This document shows, piece after piece, positions 56,717-64,000 of a DNA stretch of 64,000 nt. The stretch lies in the IMG/VR virus record IMGVR_UViG_3300028394_002011; one strand, 5' to 3'. Within the stretch, counting starts at the first letter, position 1; each line of letters opens with the position of its first letter. Below the pieces are notes generated by a model. The model had not been told where the DNA came from. It saw nothing but the letters and a program-made list of their open reading frames with translations, and made no database searches. This DNA comes from a virus. Position numbers and translations under genes: made by a program.

Positions 56717-57449
56717 ATGAATCACCGTATAATGCTAAAACCTCCTTAACAGCATTATGACGTTCAATATCTTTGGCATTAAATTGAACAATGTCAATAT
56801 GTTTCAATCCTGGTTTTCCTCCAAGTAAATTACAAAAATTGATTAATCCATTATCGTTTAATCTATCTGCTTGAGCTAAATCTCCTGTTACTACCATTCT
56901 AGAATTATCTCCAAGTCTGGTCAACAACATTTTCATTTGGTTTACAGTTGTATTCTGACATTCGTCAGCGATAATGTAAGCGTTTTTAAATGTGCGGCCT
57001 CGCATATAAGCGAGCGGGCTTATTTCGATAGTTCCATCCTCCAACATTTTTGCAATGTCTTTTTGCTGGTAATACTCTCCTAAGACGTCAAATATAGGTC
57101 TTGTCCATGGCGCCATTTTTTCATTTAGCGTTCCTGGCAAAAATCCCAAATCTTCATCTACACTCACGGCGGGTCTTGTCACAATGATCTTGTCAACTTT
57201 ACCCTCTTGAAATAATCTAATCCCGTTCTGTACGGCTAGCATAGTTTTACCTGTGCCGGCTGGACCAATGGCTAAAATAATGCTTTTAGCATCATCCTGC
57301 AATTTTCTTACGTATAATTCTTGATTAGAGTTTCTTGGTGATAATTGTACACGTTGCTTCTTTTGAGGCAAGTATGGTTGAAAATCAATTATGTTAACTT
57401 CTGATGTAAAACGTTTTTTCACTCGTTGCGTTACTCGCTGTTTACTCAT
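56715..57449 (-). CDS. phoH: PhoH family ATPase
   Basis: GPAGTGKT, TRP, LGFLPG, YMRGRT, DECQN, GD..Q.D. Confidence 0.95.
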   Translation of the reverse strand: MSKQRVTQRVKKRFTSEVNIIDFQPYLPQKKQRVQLSPRNSNQELYVRKLQDDAKSIILAIGPAGTGKTMLAVQNGIRLFQEGKVDKIIVTRPAVSVDEDLGFLPGTLNEKMAPWTRPIFDVLGEYYQQKDIAKMLEDGTIEISPLAYMRGRTFKNAYIIADECQNTTVNQMKMLLTRLGDNSRMVVTGDLAQADRLNDNGLINFCNLLGGKPGLKHIDIVQFNAKDIERHNAVKEVLALYGDS

Positions 57450-57458
57450 CTAAGTTGC

Positions 57459-57532
57459 TCCTACTTTACTTGGTTAAGTAGGACTTGTAGCGACCGCCCT
57501 TGATAACTACAGAGGTCCTACATTTTTATTTA
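57459..57532 (-). promoter_or_regulatory. Late promoter core plus structured phoH leader with mutually exclusive helices
   Basis: TAAATA at 57527-57532 (minus); 57478-57484 pairs with 57515-57521, or 57476-57483 pairs with the SD-containing 57459-57466. Confidence 0.5.
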
Positions 57533-57613
57533 CTCGATCCGCAGAATAATAAACTGTTATGTTATCGTTTAAAACCAGCTAAATAAGTATAGAAACTTCT
57601 GGGACTTACCATA

Positions 57614-58204
57614 ATGCATGATATAATAGACGTCATTAACAATATACAAACACTGTATGAAAACAACTCTAATCTAGCTGTTTTAAAAGATTTTGAGCGT
57701 GTTCTAGACGAGATGGACACTTATGTATTCGAAAACTGGGTTGACGGCGAGTTGGCATATGGGCCTCGAGTTGACCGTCACTGGATAACTGCTAGTTTTA
57801 TGTGGCCTCAAGACAAGATGCCTGATCCCAATGCAGGCAAGAGACTAATAGATTTAGGTTGCAAAGTAAGATATCAAAAAAGTCATCTACTTGAACCACG
57901 TAAAATCCGCACACATGAAGATATTCGTCCAGGAAGTAAAAAAGGCAAATTAGATCGTAAGCCTATCTGGCTTGTTGAAATTCAGATGCCAAAAAAAGTA
58001 GCGTTTGATGTTTACAAAGGCTACATGGACAAGATGAAAAACGAAAATCAATCAGGAACTGCTCCAAGTGAAGCTCAGGGTCCAGCAACAGCGGCTCCTA
58101 CTACTCCGGCAGCTCCTGGTGGAATGGCTCCGCCGGGCGGCGCTCCAGCAGGTGGCGGTATGCCGGGTGGCGCTCCAGCAGGTGGAATGGCTCCGGTAGC
58201 GTAA
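57614..58204 (+). CDS. Hypothetical phage protein with Pro/Gly/Ala-rich repetitive tail
   Basis: 196 aa; TAAATA at 57580-57585; 30-bp-period repeat at 58132-58185 encoding PGGAPAGG. Confidence 0.75.
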   Translation: MHDIIDVINNIQTLYENNSNLAVLKDFERVLDEMDTYVFENWVDGELAYGPRVDRHWITASFMWPQDKMPDPNAGKRLIDLGCKVRYQKSHLLEPRKIRTHEDIRPGSKKGKLDRKPIWLVEIQMPKKVAFDVYKGYMDKMKNENQSGTAPSEAQGPATAAPTTPAAPGGMAPPGGAPAGGGMPGGAPAGGMAPVA

Positions 58205-58212
58205 GGATCAAT

Positions 58213-58944
58213 ATGAAAATTACTGAAAGTTTGAGAGCAGGCGACTTGCGCCACATGATTAAAAAAGTATTTGGCGTTGACAGCTACAAAAGCAAAGTTG
58301 GCAACGACGAAGAAGTTATTGTTTTAAGTTTTGTAGTGGCCGAAGAAGATCCTGCTAAAGATTTAGAAAATTTTATTGAGATGGGCTACGATTTTGTACT
58401 TGACGCAGATGTCACGCCAGGCGAAACAGACGACGGTGAGTTTTTAGTTTTTGTAGAATTAGAACGCGGTAGGCATGCGGCTGAACAAATTATGGAAATT
58501 ATCAACGGAGTTACTAAGCTAACAGAATTTGATTATATGAGATTCCGTTATTTTAAAAATTTTAAAAGCCAAGAAGCAACTGAAGAAAATATTGCATCGA
58601 TCGTTCCTACAGATAAAAATTCTTATAAAATTGCTACAGAAAGAACTGGTTTGAATAACTTCAGTGAGTTTTTTGCTAAAAGTTATGCTGATAAAGTAAC
58701 AGTACTAGACGAGTCTATTACATTTAGACGATCTGTTAATCAACCAGTATCGTTTAATATCGTTGACAGTGGATCAAGGCAAAATGTATACAATAATATA
58801 CAAGGGCCTATTATGTTAGAAGGAAAAGATATCTCAGAAGTATTATTTCTAACTAAAACAATTGGTAACTATAATATTACCAAAATTAATAGTAAGTTTA
58901 TATTTGAAAACAACGGATGGGCCGTTGCACTTGAAAGGATTTAA
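58213..58944 (+). CDS. Hypothetical phage protein
   Basis: 243 aa; SD AAGGA. Confidence 0.75.
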   Translation: MKITESLRAGDLRHMIKKVFGVDSYKSKVGNDEEVIVLSFVVAEEDPAKDLENFIEMGYDFVLDADVTPGETDDGEFLVFVELERGRHAAEQIMEIINGVTKLTEFDYMRFRYFKNFKSQEATEENIASIVPTDKNSYKIATERTGLNNFSEFFAKSYADKVTVLDESITFRRSVNQPVSFNIVDSGSRQNVYNNIQGPIMLEGKDISEVLFLTKTIGNYNITKINSKFIFENNGWAVALERI

Positions 58945-58946
58945 TA

Positions 58947-59576
58947 ATGTCAAACTTTGATTTTGAATTTACAGAAAATAAATTATCACAAATTATCACA
59001 AATAATCAGTATGTTAATCATTGGTATGAAGCACTAGCATTGCTACTTCCCGATTACGATATCAATACTGTGCCACGTGTTGCGGCATTCTTGGCGCAGA
59101 CCGCACACGAATCCGGCGGTTATAAAGCATTGAAGGAAAACTTAAACTATCGTGCAGAAACATTGATGAAAGTTTGGCCACGTTACTTTCCCAATATTGA
59201 TGTAGCTCGACAGTATGCACAACAACCAGAACGCATTGCAAATCGCGCATATGGCGGGCGTATGGGTAACGGTCCTGAGGCGTCAGGCGACGGTTTCCGT
59301 TATTGTGGGCGTGGTCTAATTCAATTAACCGGCAAAGACAACTATACTCGATTTGCAGAAAGTATTGAAACTCCTGTGGAAGAGATTCCAGAATTTCTTG
59401 GAACATTTGAAGGCGCTGTGCAAAGTGCTTGCTGGTTTTGGGAAACTAATAACTTAAATCAGTTTGCTGATAGCGGAGACATGCTAACATTGACTAAACG
59501 TATTAATGGTGGCACATTGGGTTTAGATGATCGCATCAAGCATTATAATCATGCCATGCACATTTTAGGAAGCTAA
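58947..59576 (+). CDS. Glycoside hydrolase family 19 endolysin
   Basis: AAFLAQTAHES, ENLNY, GRGLIQLTG..NY, SACWFW, TKRINGG. Confidence 0.92.
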   Translation: MSNFDFEFTENKLSQIITNNQYVNHWYEALALLLPDYDINTVPRVAAFLAQTAHESGGYKALKENLNYRAETLMKVWPRYFPNIDVARQYAQQPERIANRAYGGRMGNGPEASGDGFRYCGRGLIQLTGKDNYTRFAESIETPVEEIPEFLGTFEGAVQSACWFWETNNLNQFADSGDMLTLTKRINGGTLGLDDRIKHYNHAMHILGS

Positions 59577-59577
59577 C

Positions 59578-60198
59578 ATGGGCCAACTTGGATGGATGCT
59601 AAGTCTCATTCCAGATAATTTGTTTGTTTGGATTTATTATATAATCCTAACAGCAGGTGTTGCACTTTACATTGCTAGTAAACTGGTAAAGTGGCTTCCT
59701 TTAATGGGTCAATATAAATTACCAGCGGAATTAGTTGGTGTTGTATTGTTAGTAGTAGGAGCGTATTTTTACGGTGGGCACGGCGTACAACAAGCATGGT
59801 TGGCCAGAGTCCAAGAATTAGAAGCCAAAGTTAAAATTGCAGAAGAAAAAAGTCAGCAAGTTAACAAAGTTATAGAAACTAAAATAGTTGAAAAAATTAA
59901 AGTAGTCAAGGAAAATGTTTATGTCAACAGAGAAATCATTAAAGAAGTTGCCGGCAAGCAGTTGGATGCTAGTTGTAGCTTGCCTAAGTCTACTGTCAGC
60001 TTGCACGACAGCGCCAGTCGTAATGAAGTGGCCGGACGTGCCGCCGCAACTGATGGAACCCCCAGCGAAGTTAAAGCCAGTCAACTCCTCGACAGAGTCG
60101 TTGAAAACTACGGAAGCTGTTACGAAAACGCAGCCAAACTAGAAGCATGGCAAGAATGGTACAAGGAACAAAAGAAAATCTTTGAATCAGTTAAATAG
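59578..60198 (+). CDS. i-spanin (Rz-like)
   Basis: N-terminal TM helices, then coiled coil; lies between endolysin and holin. Confidence 0.75.
   Translation: MGQLGWMLSLIPDNLFVWIYYIILTAGVALYIASKLVKWLPLMGQYKLPAELVGVVLLVVGAYFYGGHGVQQAWLARVQELEAKVKIAEEKSQQVNKVIETKIVEKIKVVKENVYVNREIIKEVAGKQLDASCSLPKSTVSLHDSASRNEVAGRAAATDGTPSEVKASQLLDRVVENYGSCYENAAKLEAWQEWYKEQKKIFESVK
59966..60142 (+). CDS. Embedded o-spanin lipoprotein (Rz1-like) in the +1 frame
   Basis: MLVVACLSLLSA-C-TTAPVVMKWPDVPPQLMEPP: lipobox LSAC, Pro-rich, fully inside the i-spanin gene. Confidence 0.75.
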   Translation: MLVVACLSLLSACTTAPVVMKWPDVPPQLMEPPAKLKPVNSSTESLKTTEAVTKTQPN

Positions 60199-60222
60199 TA
60201 GTATAATTTAGGAGCGAACTAA

Positions 60223-60780
60223 ATGTCAGAAGAAGTCAAAAGCGCAAGCGAGCAAAAGAAAGAAGATTGGATGAACAGCAAGTGGCGTCCAATGATGGGT
60301 TGGATGTACATGTTAGTCTGTATGATGGACATGGTTGTATTTCCAATCTTATGGAGTCTATTACAAACATTTACCCACACTCAAATAACACAATGGAATC
60401 CACTAACACTACAAGGTGCTGGATTATTCCACATTGCTATGGGTGCAGTTCTTGGTATTGCGGCATTTGGTCGCACACAAGAAAAACTAAATGGAGCAAA
60501 CAATGGTGGACTTGCACCCGTATCACAGAGCGTCACAACAACATTTGGCTCACCTCAAACAGGATTTGGTGCCTCACCTGGGGGTTTCAGTACTCCAGCA
60601 CCAACAGGATTCAACCAACCAGCGCCAAGTGGCTTTGGCGGAGGCGGGTTTGGAAGCGCACCTTCAGCGCCATCGACAAGTTTTACGCCAGCACCAAGTT
60701 GGGGGACAACTCCAACAGGAGTAACAACAACAGCTGGTGGTAAGAAAATAGTACCTCAGGATCCAGATCCTGTTTTATAA
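60223..60780 (+). CDS. Holin (3TM, GTA-holin-like) with long low-complexity tail
   Basis: WRPMMGW.Y...D...FP.LW...QW.PLTLQG.GLFH.AMGAVLG..A.GRTQEK. Confidence 0.75.
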   Translation: MSEEVKSASEQKKEDWMNSKWRPMMGWMYMLVCMMDMVVFPILWSLLQTFTHTQITQWNPLTLQGAGLFHIAMGAVLGIAAFGRTQEKLNGANNGGLAPVSQSVTTTFGSPQTGFGASPGGFSTPAPTGFNQPAPSGFGGGGFGSAPSAPSTSFTPAPSWGTTPTGVTTTAGGKKIVPQDPDPVL

Positions 60781-60790
60781 GGAAAATAAA

Positions 60791-61003
60791 ATGAAATTAA
60801 TTTTAGCATTGATGATGAGTTTTGGTATTGCTGTATGTGCATATGCCGGTGGCGAGACCAAAGAAGTTTGTAAAGACAAATTGGACAAGGCTGGTAAAGT
60901 TGTAAATGGTAAGGACGGTAAGCCAGTTCAAGTGTGCAAGAAGATCAAAGTACATGAAAAAGCCGAAGGTCACGCAGTTCCAGAGCCAGCTAAAAAGAAA
61001 TAA
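60791..61003 (+). CDS. Small Lys-rich secreted protein
   Basis: Signal peptide; two Cys; SD AAGGA. Confidence 0.7.
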   Translation: MKLILALMMSFGIAVCAYAGGETKEVCKDKLDKAGKVVNGKDGKPVQVCKKIKVHEKAEGHAVPEPAKKK

Positions 61004-61016
61004 TTAGCTCAGACTC

Positions 61017-61045
61017 TTGACGGGTCAAGTCTAATATAGTATAAT
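61017..61045 (+). promoter_or_regulatory. Sigma70-type promoter flanked by a 9-bp inverted repeat
   Basis: TTGACG-17 nt-TATAAT; GGGTCAAGT (61022) and ACTTGACCC (61055). Confidence 0.75.
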
Positions 61046-61069
61046 TACTGTATTACTTGACCCATTATT

Positions 61070-61747
61070 ATGACTGAACAACCGATTATGATTAGCCCTT
61101 TTGGGCCCGTATTTTTAAAATTTCATTTACCTGATGATATACTTACGGCCGTGCTTGCCGAGAGCGAAGCAATGAAGGCAAAGACACAAGACGAAGCATA
61201 TCTTAAAGAATACGACTGGTCAGAATATCTTGTAGGGAAAAATACAAATCAACTGTTGTTGAATTATGATTTTTTTGTTGAATCAAATTTACAATCGTTT
61301 TTAGTAGCATTAGGAGAGTATTATTTACAAAGTCATCATACTGCGGATCAGTCAGTTAAAGAAACAAAATTAGCAATTGCATCTGCTTGGTTAAATATTA
61401 CTCGAAAACACGACTATAATTGTTTACACGATCATAATAAAAGTCCATTATCCGGTATTATATATCTAAAAGAAGATCCTAGCATAGCCAAAGAAATTGA
61501 TGCGTTAGAAGAGCTTTCTAAAATTAAAGGCGGAAGTTATTTGCCGGGCGTGACACATTTTATATACAGTGCAAACAAAAACTTTCTAGATTCAACTAGT
61601 TTTTCTTTTAGAGGAAAACCTGGAGATGTATTAATTTTTCCCGGTTGGATGTCTCATTTGGTTAATCCTTTTACTGCTGATGGTGAAAGAATGACTCTGG
61701 CATTTAACTTTCATAACGATGAAAATGTTATTCATAAATATCCTTAA
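61070..61747 (+). CDS. Putative 2OG-Fe(II) oxygenase (TIGR02466-like)
   Basis: W.N.....DYN.LHDH....LSGIIYL; IFPGW..H.V.PF....ER..LAFN. Confidence 0.8.
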   Translation: MTEQPIMISPFGPVFLKFHLPDDILTAVLAESEAMKAKTQDEAYLKEYDWSEYLVGKNTNQLLLNYDFFVESNLQSFLVALGEYYLQSHHTADQSVKETKLAIASAWLNITRKHDYNCLHDHNKSPLSGIIYLKEDPSIAKEIDALEELSKIKGGSYLPGVTHFIYSANKNFLDSTSFSFRGKPGDVLIFPGWMSHLVNPFTADGERMTLAFNFHNDENVIHKYP

Positions 61748-61759
61748 GGAATTACATCA

Positions 61760-62611
61760 ATGACTGATTATTATCAAACCCTTGGAGTTAATGAACAAGC
61801 AACTCCTGAAGAAATTAAAAAAGCCTACAGAAGTTTGGCCAATAAGCATCACCCGGACAAAGGCGGTGATCAAGCCAAGTTTAAAGATATTAGTGTGGCA
61901 TACGACACACTAAGCGATCAAAATAAACGTGCTGAATACGATCAACAAAGAATGGGTGGCCCACAAGTACGTTTCCATACTGGCGGTTGGGATCCATTTG
62001 AACAAGCGTTTGGGCAGAACAATCCATTTGCTGGGCATCCGTTTGGAGATATTTTTGGCAGACATGGTGGCCGTGGTCGAAATAGAGATTTAAATATCCA
62101 ATGTCAAATTACATTAATGGATTCGTTCGTAGGCAAACAACTAGAAGCAAATTATAAACTGCCCAGTGGACGCACACAAACCGTTGTTATTAATGTGCCG
62201 CCTGGTATTGGACATGCTGAAACTATCAGATATCAAGGACTTGGTGACGACAGTATTCCAAATGCACCCCGTGGTAATTTGAATGTTACTATTGTGATAT
62301 TGCCCGATGCTAACTTTACCCGTGTGGGCGATGACATTTACACAAAAGTATACATTAGTCCTATTGACGCTATGGTTGGTTGCAGAAAACAAGTAAAAAC
62401 ATTATCAGGACAACCATTGGACCTTGATTTACGTGCTGGTATCGAAGACGGTTCAGAATTTGCCAGTCATGGTAATGGATTTCCAAATGTAAGCACTGGG
62501 CACAAAGGTCGTTTTGTATCCGTTGTTAAAATTCGAACACCAGCCGTTACAGACCCGTCATTGGTGGAAAGACTTCGTTCAATTAATAATGAAATTAATA
62601 AAACATCCTAA
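61760..62611 (+). CDS. dnaJ: DnaJ/CbpA-type co-chaperone (no Zn finger)
   Basis: DYYQTLGV...IKKAYR.LA.KHHPD; G/F-rich linker; DnaJ C-terminal domain. Confidence 0.92.
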   Translation: MTDYYQTLGVNEQATPEEIKKAYRSLANKHHPDKGGDQAKFKDISVAYDTLSDQNKRAEYDQQRMGGPQVRFHTGGWDPFEQAFGQNNPFAGHPFGDIFGRHGGRGRNRDLNIQCQITLMDSFVGKQLEANYKLPSGRTQTVVINVPPGIGHAETIRYQGLGDDSIPNAPRGNLNVTIVILPDANFTRVGDDIYTKVYISPIDAMVGCRKQVKTLSGQPLDLDLRAGIEDGSEFASHGNGFPNVSTGHKGRFVSVVKIRTPAVTDPSLVERLRSINNEINKTS

Positions 62612-63092
62612 TCCAATATTAAAACAATCAGCAACGCCTTGGCAATTTGAAAGTGCAGAAGATTGTGAACAGGCGGCACGTGTCGAGCAAGAGATGCTTA
62701 GTTTAATGAAGATATCAAACGGTATAGGACTTGCCGCACAACAAGTTGGATTGTTGAAACGTGTATTTGTCATGCGTACTCAGGATGGTCGAGAGTGTGG
62801 GCTGTTTAATCCCGTTATCCTTGAAGTAAATAATGAAAAAGCCGTAGGGGACGAAGGATGTTTGAGTTTTCCAGATTTATGGTTAAAAGTTGAACGCAGT
62901 ACAAGTTTGATTGCAAAATACCTTGACAATACAGGCATAGAGCGTATAATACAATTAGAGGGTCTAGATGCCAGATGTTTCTTACACGAACTAGATCATT
63001 TGGATGGCGTATGTTTTACAGATGGACTAAGTCCACTTAAACTAGCAATGGCAATTAAAAAACAGAGGAAATTAAATGGTAGAACCAAGTGA
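62589..63092 (+). CDS. def: Peptide deformylase (start reassigned to 62589)
   Basis: [20 protein letters not shown]. Confidence 0.95.
   Translation: MKLIKHPNPILKQSATPWQFESAEDCEQAARVEQEMLSLMKISNGIGLAAQQVGLLKRVFVMRTQDGRECGLFNPVILEVNNEKAVGDEGCLSFPDLWLKVERSTSLIAKYLDNTGIERIIQLEGLDARCFLHELDHLDGVCFTDGLSPLKLAMAIKKQRKLNGRTK
62923..62950 (+). promoter_or_regulatory. Consensus sigma70-type promoter inside def, upstream of clpA
   Basis: TTGACA-16 nt-TATAAT. Confidence 0.65.
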
Positions 63093-64000
63093 TAATTTGC
63101 AGGCAGTATTTGAAAAAGCATTAGAGACTGCTAAAAAATTGCATCATGAATATTTAACAATCGAACATATCTTTTTAGCTATGCTGACTGAAGAATCGTT
63201 TGTTAGTTGTTTACAAAGTTTTGGTTCTAAGCCTGAGACAATGAAAACAGAATTAACCGATTATTTGAAAAACAAATGCGGTGAGATTACTGTGCAAGAT
63301 GTTGTTGTTAAACCAAAGAAAACTCAAAGTGTAGAACGTGTGTTAAATCGTGCGTTTACACAAGTGTTGTTCAACGGACGCCAGCGCATTGAGCCCACTG
63401 ATGTGTTTGTTGCAATGATGGGTGAAAAACGCAGTTGGGCATATTTTTATATTGCAAAAGCTGGCATTGATAGAGACAAGTTTGCTGACTTCTTGAATAA
63501 CAGCGTGGATGATCCTGAAGAGGAAGAACCTCAAGAAGGCGGTCAACCAAGTAAAGCTCTGCAAGCGTTTACTACAAACTTAAATGCTCAAGTAGAAAAA
63601 AATAAAATTGACCCAGTTATTGGTCGTGTTGACGAACTAGAAAATATTGCACTTGCAATGGGTCGTCGTAATAAAAATAATGTTATCTTAGTTGGAGATC
63701 CGGGTGTAGGTAAGACTGCCATAGCAGAAGGACTAGCCTACAATATTGTCAAGGGTGCTGTTCCAGACTTCTTAAAAGACTACACTGTTTATAATTTAGA
63801 TATCTCAGCTATGCTAGCTGGATCTAAATATCGCGGAGACTTTGAAGAAAGATTTAAAGCAGTTATCAAAGCTCTTCAAAAGAAAGGCAAGACTGTGTTG
63901 TTTATCGACGAAGCACACATGATCTCTGGTGCAGGATCTGCTGGTAACAGTGCAAACGACCTTGCCAACATGATGAAACCTGCATTGAGCAAAGGCAATA
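63076..64000 (+). CDS. clpA: ClpA-type ATP-binding subunit, truncated by the right window edge (not in the ORF track)
   Basis: MVEPSD...HEYLTIEH; DPVIGR..E; RRNKNN..LVGDPGVGKTA..EGLA; AGSKYRGDFEER; LFIDEAH. Confidence 0.93.
   Translation, partial: MVEPSDNLQAVFEKALETAKKLHHEYLTIEHIFLAMLTEESFVSCLQSFGSKPETMKTELTDYLKNKCGEITVQDVVVKPKKTQSVERVLNRAFTQVLFNGRQRIEPTDVFVAMMGEKRSWAYFYIAKAGIDRDKFADFLNNSVDDPEEEEPQEGGQPSKALQAFTTNLNAQVEKNKIDPVIGRVDELENIALAMGRRNKNNVILVGDPGVGKTAIAEGLAYNIVKGAVPDFLKDYTVYNLDISAMLAGSKYRGDFEERFKAVIKALQKKGKTVLFIDEAHMISGAGSAGNSANDLANMMKPALSKGN

Noticed and set aside
60267-60743. 158 aa alternative-frame ORF inside the holin gene
   Set aside because: No RBS, lipobox or recognisable motif; explained by the low-complexity holin tail.
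1-64000. CRISPR array, integrase, transposase, intron/intein or stop-codon recoding
   Set aside because: No regularly spaced repeats or such motifs were seen; conserved genes are intact in code 11, and TAA, TGA and TAG all end genes.

Overview
This 64 kb window is part of a large lytic tailed-phage genome (T4-like/jumbo myovirus style, standard genetic code). The host is probably a Gram-negative proteobacterium, judged from lipoproteins, spanins and host-like infA, clpP, clpA, iscA and fdxA. From left to right it contains: a left-truncated radical SAM gene; one tRNA-shaped RNA without a normal anticodon loop; an early region of small genes under sigma70-type promoters (IF-1, metallophosphoesterase, lipoproteins, ClpP, ATP-dependent DNA ligase, MazG-like, BI-1/YccA); an AT-rich, translationally coupled 9.5 kb island of six twitch/SPASM radical SAM genes plus an oxygenase-like and a methyltransferase-like gene; queD, uvsE, SOD and IscA; a virion block (3290 aa and 1551 aa fibre/baseplate proteins, a lectin-like protein, GT25, and a baseplate-type protein carrying an in-frame animal-type heme peroxidase domain); a DnaE fragment, GroES, clamp loader, ferredoxin, dCMP deaminase and PhoH; a lysis cassette (GH19 endolysin, spanins, holin); and DnaJ, peptide deformylase and a right-truncated ClpA. 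The best leads are the radical SAM island with its apparent Fe-S support genes, the peroxidase-baseplate fusion, the anticodon-less tRNA, a preQ1-aptamer-like leader on queD, two candidate -1 frameshifts, and phycobiliprotein-like repeats in the giant virion protein. All family calls come from motif recognition by eye; no database search was run.
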